Position numbers and translations under genes: made by a program | Shown here: positions 54,521 to 59,984 of the stretch, one piece after another | How the letters are laid out: each line of letters begins with the position of its first letter | Numbering within the stretch: the stretch's first letter is position 1 | Source of the DNA: Actinomycetota bacterium | GTDB taxonomy: Bacteria; Actinomycetota; Acidimicrobiia; Acidimicrobiales; VFJN01 | Direction of reading: 5' to 3' | Assembly (NCBI GenBank): GCA_046744485.1 | Contig: JBKPHE010000054.1 | Coordinates: forward strand, 1 to 59,984 | DNA length: 59,984 bases | Notes under the pieces: generated by a model | Seen by the model: only the letters and a program-made list of their open reading frames with translations | What the model was told of the DNA's origin: nothing | The model's database searches: none

Positions 54521-55579
54521 GTGATCCAGATCCCCACCTCGCCCGATCCCCTGCCCCCGGTAGAGCGACTGCGACCGGGCCTGTGGACGATCCCCGTGCC
54601 ATTGCCGAACAACTCCCTGCGGTACGTGTTCGTCTACCTGTTCGAGACAGAGCGCGGCGCCTACCTCGTCGACGCGGGCTGGAACACCGAGGATGCCTAT
54701 GCCGCCCTGACCGCGGGGCTCGAGGTGGCGGGGTACGTGATCGGCGACGTGCGGGGCGTGCTGGTCACGCACATCCACCCGGACCACTACGGCCTGGCGG
54801 GGCGGATCCGGGAGGCGTCGGGGGCCTGGGTGGCCCTGCACCCGGCCGACGCCGCGCTGGTGCGGGACCGCTATGCCGAGCCCACCGACCTGCTGGAGCG
54901 AGTGGGCATGATGTTGCGCCGCGTCGGTGCCCCGGCGGACGAGATCGCCACGCTGCAACAGGCGGCGATGCCGGTGCGGCCGTTCGTCGACGCGGTGATG
55001 CCCGACGTGCTGCTCGAGGACGGCCAGCGTCCCGACGTCCCCGATTGGGAGCTGACGGCCATCTGGACACCGGGCCACTCTCCCGGCCACCTGTGCTTCT
55101 GGGAGCCCGGACACGAGGTGCTGTTGTCCGGCGACCATGTGCTGCCGCGGATCACGCCCAACATCTCATTCCATCCCCAGGCGGGTGACGATCCGCTCGG
55201 CGACTTCCTCCGTTCGCTCGACAAGCTCGACGTCTACGATCCCGACGAGGTCCTGCCGGCCCACGAGTACCGCTTTGCAGACCTGCACCAGCGCCTCGAC
55301 GAGCTCCGCCGCCACCACGGTGAGCGCTTCCGCGAGGCCGTCGCGGCCATCGGAGACGGCGTGACCACGGCGTGGGCCATCGCCTCCCGCATGCACTGGT
55401 CGCGCCCGTGGGACGAGATCGAGGGCTTCATGCGTCGGGCCGCGGTTGGTGAGGCGCTGGCCCACCTCCGCGCCCTCGAGCATCGTGGCGTGGTGCGCGA
55501 GGAGCTGGGCGAGCCGTCCCGCTGGGTGCTCACGGACGAGGCGAGTGAGCGCCTCGACGCTCTGGCGGCTGAGACATAG
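54521..55579 (+). CDS. MBL fold metallo-hydrolase
   Basis: VTHIHPDHYG (HxHxDH) and TPGHSPGH, with a C-terminal wHTH-like extension. GTG 54521. Confidence 0.88.
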   Translation: MIQIPTSPDPLPPVERLRPGLWTIPVPLPNNSLRYVFVYLFETERGAYLVDAGWNTEDAYAALTAGLEVAGYVIGDVRGVLVTHIHPDHYGLAGRIREASGAWVALHPADAALVRDRYAEPTDLLERVGMMLRRVGAPADEIATLQQAAMPVRPFVDAVMPDVLLEDGQRPDVPDWELTAIWTPGHSPGHLCFWEPGHEVLLSGDHVLPRITPNISFHPQAGDDPLGDFLRSLDKLDVYDPDEVLPAHEYRFADLHQRLDELRRHHGERFREAVAAIGDGVTTAWAIASRMHWSRPWDEIEGFMRRAAVGEALAHLRALEHRGVVREELGEPSRWVLTDEASERLDALAAET

Positions 55580-55663
55580 CCCAACCTGGCCAAAAGAGTA
55601 TGCTCTAATCGTGCACCCGGCGCAGACCGTTGGGAGCGGAGTGAGGGAAGGGGAGTTGCCGTC

Positions 55664-56086
55664 GTGAAGGAACAGATCCCGCTGGTCGACTATCTGGTGT
55701 TGGGCGACGATCCGCACCTGGTCGCCCAGCAGTGCAGGGGTTGTGGAGCGAGGTATTTCGATCGGCGCAACGCCTGCGCGGGCTGCGGCGGGACCGACTT
55801 CTCGAGCGTGCGGGTGGCGGGTGAAGGGGAGGTGCGGGCGTTCACCATCGTGTCGTTGGCGGCGCCCGGCATTCCGGTGCCGTTCGTGGCGTCGCTGGTG
55901 GACTGCGATGGGACGAGTGTGCGGGGCAATGTGGTGAACGTGGAGCCCACCCCGGAGCACGTGAAGCTGGGGATGAAAGTGCGGTTGACGACGGTGCCCG
56001 TGGGTGTGGATGGGGCCGGAGTCGAGGCGGTGGGCTTCGGTTTCGAGCCCGTGGATGTGTCCACGGTGAGTGAGGGAGGCCAGTGA
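55664..56086 (+). CDS. Zn-ribbon/OB-fold protein (DUF35)
   Basis: GTG 55664 lies 8 nt after GGGAAGGGGAG. CRGCGARYFDRRNACAGCG is a zinc ribbon. It precedes a thiolase-like gene, as is usual for DUF35. Confidence 0.88.
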   Translation: MKEQIPLVDYLVLGDDPHLVAQQCRGCGARYFDRRNACAGCGGTDFSSVRVAGEGEVRAFTIVSLAAPGIPVPFVASLVDCDGTSVRGNVVNVEPTPEHVKLGMKVRLTTVPVGVDGAGVEAVGFGFEPVDVSTVSEGGQ

Positions 56087-57288
56087 TGGCTGCTGACGAT
56101 GTCTGGATCCTTGGCATCCATATGACGAAGTTCGGGAAGCACCCGGATCGGGACACGGTGGATCTGGCGGCCGAGGCGACGATGGGCGCGCTGGCCGATG
56201 GCGGAGTGTCGATGCGGGACATCGGCGTGCTGGCCGCCGGGAACCTCATGGGGGGTCCGGGCCCGATCGGTCAGCAGCTGCAGAAGCAGGTGGGTCAGAC
56301 CGGGATCCCCGTGTACAACGTCGCGAACGCGTGTGCGACGGGGGCGACGGCGTTGCGCACGGCGATCATGGCGCTCAAGGCCGGCGAATGCGACCTGGGC
56401 CTGGCCGTGGGGGTCGAGAAGCTTGCCGGGGCGGGACTGTTGGCGGGCAGGAACCGCAAGGGCGATGACGACACCTGGACGCCCAAGGGCCGATTCGGCG
56501 CGGTGGCGCCGATCGACGGGCGGATCGGCACCGAGACGATGCCGGGGGTGTTCGCCCAGATCGGGATGGAGTACGGGCACCGCTACGGGGGGACCAGTTT
56601 CGAGTTGTTCGCCCGCATCTCGGAGAAGAACCACGCTCATTCGACCTTGAATCCCCTGGCGGCGTATTCGAAGCGGTTCACGCTGGAGGAGATCATGAAC
56701 GATGTCATGATCGCCTACCCCAACACGCGGCCCATGTGCTCGGCCAACTGCGACGGCGCCGCCGCCGCCGTGGTGGTCACCGACCAGCGGCTACGCACCC
56801 TGGACCCGGATCAGCGGCGCCGGGCGGTGAAGGTGGCGGCGTCGGTGCTCACCACCGACCCCTGGGAAGAGGCCTGTCAGGTGCTGCCCAACGTCAACAC
56901 CTTGACCCGTAACGCCGCGCACCAGGCCTACGAGGGTGCGGGCGTGGGCCCAGAGGACCTCGACCTGGTCGAGTTGCACGACTGTTTCGCCACCGCCGAG
57001 CTGGTGCATTACGACAACCTGATGCTCTGCGGTGAGGGCGAGGCGGTGCCGTTCTTCGAGTCGGGCGCCACCTGGCGGGACGGGTCCACGCCGGTCAACG
57101 TGTCGGGCGGCCTGCAGTCCAAGGGCCACCCCATTGCCGCTACGGGCATCGCCAACATCTGGGAGATCTGCCACCACCTCCGCGGCGAGGCCGGCGACCG
57201 CCAGATCGACAACGCCAACGTCGGGCTCGCCCACGTCATAGGCCTCGGCTCCGCCTGCGGGGTCCACATCCTCGAGAAGGCCGCCTGA
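56086..57288 (+). CDS. thiolase-like lipid-transfer protein (SCP-x/Ltp type)
   Basis: ATG 56086 lies 6 nt after GAGGGAGG and overlaps the DUF35 stop (TGATG). GTG 56083 is an alternative start. Motifs: VANACATGATAL, GGLQSKGHPIAATG. Confidence 0.9.
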   Translation: MAADDVWILGIHMTKFGKHPDRDTVDLAAEATMGALADGGVSMRDIGVLAAGNLMGGPGPIGQQLQKQVGQTGIPVYNVANACATGATALRTAIMALKAGECDLGLAVGVEKLAGAGLLAGRNRKGDDDTWTPKGRFGAVAPIDGRIGTETMPGVFAQIGMEYGHRYGGTSFELFARISEKNHAHSTLNPLAAYSKRFTLEEIMNDVMIAYPNTRPMCSANCDGAAAAVVVTDQRLRTLDPDQRRRAVKVAASVLTTDPWEEACQVLPNVNTLTRNAAHQAYEGAGVGPEDLDLVELHDCFATAELVHYDNLMLCGEGEAVPFFESGATWRDGSTPVNVSGGLQSKGHPIAATGIANIWEICHHLRGEAGDRQIDNANVGLAHVIGLGSACGVHILEKAA

Positions 57289-57298
57289 CCCGAGAGTG

Positions 57299-57460
57299 AT
57301 GAGCGAGGAGGTCATGTGGAGCCAGCTCCGCCTCGGGAGCCTGCAGCCCGGCACCGACCTCGAGAACCGCACGCAGACCATGATCTCGATGGCCGAGGAG
57401 AAGCACGCGGCCGTCACGGCCTTCGTCGAGGAGCGCCCGCCCGCATTCGGGGCTCGCTGA
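57299..57460 (+). pseudogene. 53-codon ORF resembling only the C-terminal helix region of an enoyl-CoA hydratase
   Basis: MSEEVMWSQLRLGSLQPGTDLENRTQTMISMAEEKHAAVTAFVEERPPAFGAR has very high third-position GC. AF.E.R.P.F is the usual crotonase C-terminal signature. It ends 1 nt before the full-length crotonase gene. Confidence 0.45.
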
Positions 57461-57461
57461 C

Positions 57462-58337
57462 ATGACGTACACGCAGATCGCATACGACGTGGCCGACCAC
57501 GTGGCCACCATCACGCTGGACCGCCCGGACCGCCTCAACGCCTTCACGGTCACGATGCAGCGGGACCTGTGCGCGGCGGTCGACGCCGTCGATGCCGATC
57601 CCGACGTGCGGGCGGTGGTCGTGACCGGGCGGGGCCGGGCCTTCTGTGCCGGCGCCGACCTCGCCGGGGGCGACGCCACGTTCGACTACGACGACGCTCG
57701 CGCCGCCGACGCCGGCGTCGTGAAAGAGGCCGACGGCCGGCACCGCGACGAGGGGGGCGTCGTGGCCCTGCGGTTCTTCTCGTCCACCAAACCCGTGATC
57801 GGTGCGATCAACGGCGCGGCGGTCGGCGTCGGGATCACGATGACGCTGCCGTTCGACATGCGGCTGGCGTCCACCACCGCGAGGTTCGGCTTCGTGTTCG
57901 CGCGCCGAGGGGTCGTGCCGGAGGCCTGCTCGTCGTGGTTCCTGCCGCGCGTGGTTGGCATCAGCCGGGCCATGGAGTGGTGCACCACTGGCCGGGTCTT
58001 CGGTGCCGACGAGGCGCTCGCCGGGGGCCTGGTGCGATCGATCCACGAGCCCGATGCCCTCCTACCGGCCGCCTACGAGCTGGCCACGGAGATCGCCACC
58101 CGGAGCTCCGCCGTCTCGGCCACGGTCACGCGGGCGTTGCTGTGGCGGATGCTCGGCGAGCCGCACCCAATGGGGGCACACCGGGTCGATTCCGCGCTGC
58201 TCGATGCGCTCGGTCGCGGTGCCGACGTGCGCGAGGGGGTGACGAGCTTCCTGGAGAAGCGCCCAGCGGCGTTTCCCAACCGGGTGCCCGCGGACCTCCC
58301 GTCTCCCTATCCCTGGTGGGAGGACCCGGACTTCTGA
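57462..58337 (+). CDS. enoyl-CoA hydratase/isomerase family protein
   Basis: ITLDRPDRLNAF, VVVTGRGRAFCAGADL, INGAAVGVG, EGVTSFLEKRPAAF. Confidence 0.92.
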   Translation: MTYTQIAYDVADHVATITLDRPDRLNAFTVTMQRDLCAAVDAVDADPDVRAVVVTGRGRAFCAGADLAGGDATFDYDDARAADAGVVKEADGRHRDEGGVVALRFFSSTKPVIGAINGAAVGVGITMTLPFDMRLASTTARFGFVFARRGVVPEACSSWFLPRVVGISRAMEWCTTGRVFGADEALAGGLVRSIHEPDALLPAAYELATEIATRSSAVSATVTRALLWRMLGEPHPMGAHRVDSALLDALGRGADVREGVTSFLEKRPAAFPNRVPADLPSPYPWWEDPDF

Positions 58338-58468
58338 CAGACACGCTCGAGGCGGGGCCGAACAGCCCGTCGGCGGCCCGACCGCGAACCGAATCAGGCC
58401 CCTTGCCGTAGTGGATGCCAGCGTCGTCGACACCCGGTCGACCGCGGCACACGAAAGGGTTCCCGACC

Positions 58469-59488
58469 ATGAACGTCCATCGCATCCCCGGAGGTCGCCC
58501 GCTGGCCGTCACCGCGGGAGCGGCCGCGGCCCTGGCGATCGGCCTGGCTGCGGCCGGCCCCGCCAATCCTGCCGGCGCGACACAGTCGCCCTCGGCCAGC
58601 GTCGCCAACGACACGTTGACCGTCATCGGTACGCCGCACGGCGACCGGATCGCCCTGCGGCTCGCCCCGGGCACGCCCGGCACCATGCAGGTCGACCTCA
58701 ACGACGACGGCACCGCCGAACACAGCTTCGATCGCAACACGTTCAGCCGCATCGAGGTGTTCACGCGCAGCGGTAGCGACCAGTTCCGTGTGGACCAGGC
58801 CAACGGCGTCATCGACGAGCCTGCGACCGTCTCCGGTGGCAGTGGCGACGACACCCTGAACGGCGGCGACGGCATCGAGCTCTTCATCGGCGGCAGTGGC
58901 AAGGACGCGGTCGACGGCAACCGCGGCAACGATTCGGCCGAGCTCGGCTCCGGCAGCGACAGCTTCCGTTGGGACCCGGGCGACGGCAGCGACACGATCG
59001 AGGGCGGGAGCGGCACGGACACGCTCGACTTCAACGGCGCCGGGGTGGCCGAGACCATGAGCCTGTCGGCCAACAACGGTCGGTCGGTGTTCCTGCGCGA
59101 CATCGCCAACATCCGCATGGACATGGACGGCGTCGAGCGACTGGACCTGACCGCGCTCGGCGGTCCCGACACCTTCACCGTCCAGGACATGTCCGGCACC
59201 GACTTCCGCCGGGCGGACGTGGACCTCTCCGGCCCGGCGGGCGGTGGTGACGGCGCGGCCGACCTCGTGACGGTCAACGGCACCGAAGGGCCCGATCGGA
59301 TCGACGTCGAGACCGATGGTGCAAGGGTCGACGTCGAGGGTCTGAGGACCGAGGTGCGGATCGCCGGCAGCGAGACCAGCGATCAGCTCCAGGTCAGGAG
59401 CCTGGGTGGCAACGACGACGTGGACGTCGAAGAGGCGGTGTTCGCCCTCATCGGCGTGGCCGTGGATCTGGGCTCAGGACAGCTCTGA
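58469..59488 (+). CDS. secreted calcium-binding RTX-like repeat protein
   Basis: ATG 58469 with signal-like AVTAGAAAALAIGLAAAGPANPAGA. It has GGxGxD nonapeptide-type repeats (GGSGDDTLNGGDGIELFIGGSGKDAVDGNRGND...GGSGTDTLDFNG). Confidence 0.8.
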   Translation: MNVHRIPGGRPLAVTAGAAAALAIGLAAAGPANPAGATQSPSASVANDTLTVIGTPHGDRIALRLAPGTPGTMQVDLNDDGTAEHSFDRNTFSRIEVFTRSGSDQFRVDQANGVIDEPATVSGGSGDDTLNGGDGIELFIGGSGKDAVDGNRGNDSAELGSGSDSFRWDPGDGSDTIEGGSGTDTLDFNGAGVAETMSLSANNGRSVFLRDIANIRMDMDGVERLDLTALGGPDTFTVQDMSGTDFRRADVDLSGPAGGGDGAADLVTVNGTEGPDRIDVETDGARVDVEGLRTEVRIAGSETSDQLQVRSLGGNDDVDVEEAVFALIGVAVDLGSGQL

Positions 59489-59589
59489 TCGAGCCACGGG
59501 ATCGGGGCCTCTCGGCGGAGGCCCCGATCCACCGCGCCGACGCAGCCGACGCGCCAGCCGGTTCGGGGTGCAGACCTAGGCTCGACCCG

Positions 59590-59984
59590 GTGACGTCTCT
59601 GCAGGGAGAGCTGGTTCGGCTGCGACCAGCATCGCCGGGCGACATCCCCCGGCTCGCGGAGATCCGCCGCACTCCGCAGGTCTACGAGCGCTGGCGCGGC
59701 GGTGGCGACATGGTGGCGGCAGTGGAGGAGGACCTCGCCGAGCCGAGCATCCGTGCCTACGTGATCGAGCTGGAGGACCGGGTCGTCGGCTGGATCCAGT
59801 GGGAGGCCGAGGAGGACCCCGACTATCGCCACGCCAGCATCGACATCTACGTTGACCCGGCCGTCCACGGGCGGGGGGTCGGCACCGATGCGGTCCGGAC
59901 CCTGGCGCGCCATCTCATCGTCGACCATGGCCACCACCGGTTTGGGAATCTCGCGGATCAAGCGGTGCAGCATGGGCTCCATCC
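59590..59984 (+). CDS. GNAT family N-acetyltransferase (3' end not reached; homology pattern stops near 59940)
   Basis: GTG 59590. LVRLRPASPGDIPRLAEIRRTPQVYERWRG...GWIQWEAEEDPDYRHASIDIYVDPAVHGRGVGTDAVRTLARHLIVDHGHHR. Third-position GC is about 88 percent up to 59940 and drops afterwards. Confidence 0.75.
   Translation, partial: MTSLQGELVRLRPASPGDIPRLAEIRRTPQVYERWRGGGDMVAAVEEDLAEPSIRAYVIELEDRVVGWIQWEAEEDPDYRHASIDIYVDPAVHGRGVGTDAVRTLARHLIVDHGHHRFGNLADQAVQHGLH

Noticed and set aside
59383-59940. Minus-strand ORF 59383..59982 (199 aa)
   Set aside because: Most of it is antisense to the RTX-like and GNAT genes and lacks coding bias. Only its first ~15 codons (59941-59982) look genuinely coding, and these are reported as a separate finding.
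1-59984. tRNA, rRNA, IS elements, integrases, prophage or conjugation genes
   Set aside because: None was recognised on either strand. No ORF has transposase or recombinase motifs, and no intergenic gap showed tRNA-like T-arm sequences. This was by-eye scanning, so small ncRNAs cannot be excluded.

Overview
This is a very GC-rich, actinobacterium-like chromosomal segment; in real genes the third codon position is almost always G or C. It carries about 60 protein-coding genes on both strands.

I recognised no rRNA, tRNA, CRISPR array, transposase, integrase or prophage genes. I scanned for these by eye only.

Gene content:
- Regulators: MarR, LacI, two ArsR, a LAL-type LuxR, GlxA/AraC, a SigJ-like ECF sigma, and a single-chain double FadR/GntR.
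- F420/LLM and SDR oxidoreductases.
- An NHEJ Ku gene with no ligase next to it.
- A Tet(M)/OtrA-like ribosomal-protection GTPase.
- A GGDEF diguanylate cyclase, a CYTH protein and a GT1 glycosyltransferase.
- A 7-gene minus-strand block that joins a gamma-glutamyl ligase/hydrolase pair to GlpK and a GlpA/GlpB-like flavoprotein pair.
- A Liv-type ABC importer split into two convergent operons, together with hydrolases, a nitroreductase, two cupredoxins and a 60-aa ORF, next to the LAL regulator.
- An MMPL exporter.
- A DUF35/thiolase/crotonase cluster.
- An RTX-like secreted protein.

I do not see one clear-cut new system such as a defence island or a biosynthetic cluster. The best candidates for undescribed biology are:
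- the gamma-glutamylation plus glycerol-phosphate block (20214-29066);
- the split ABC/hydrolase/cupredoxin locus (30796-42884);
- the RemA-like gene with its neighbouring paralog pair (43033-44593);
- the ribosomal-protection GTPase with its unknown membrane partner (8229-11588).

At sequence level, three genes are broken by single-base frameshifts. There are also several gene remnants and three in-frame tandem repeats. The last ~45 nt of the window abruptly switch coding strand.

Start codons are the least certain part of every call. Functions come from motifs I recognise, not from database searches.
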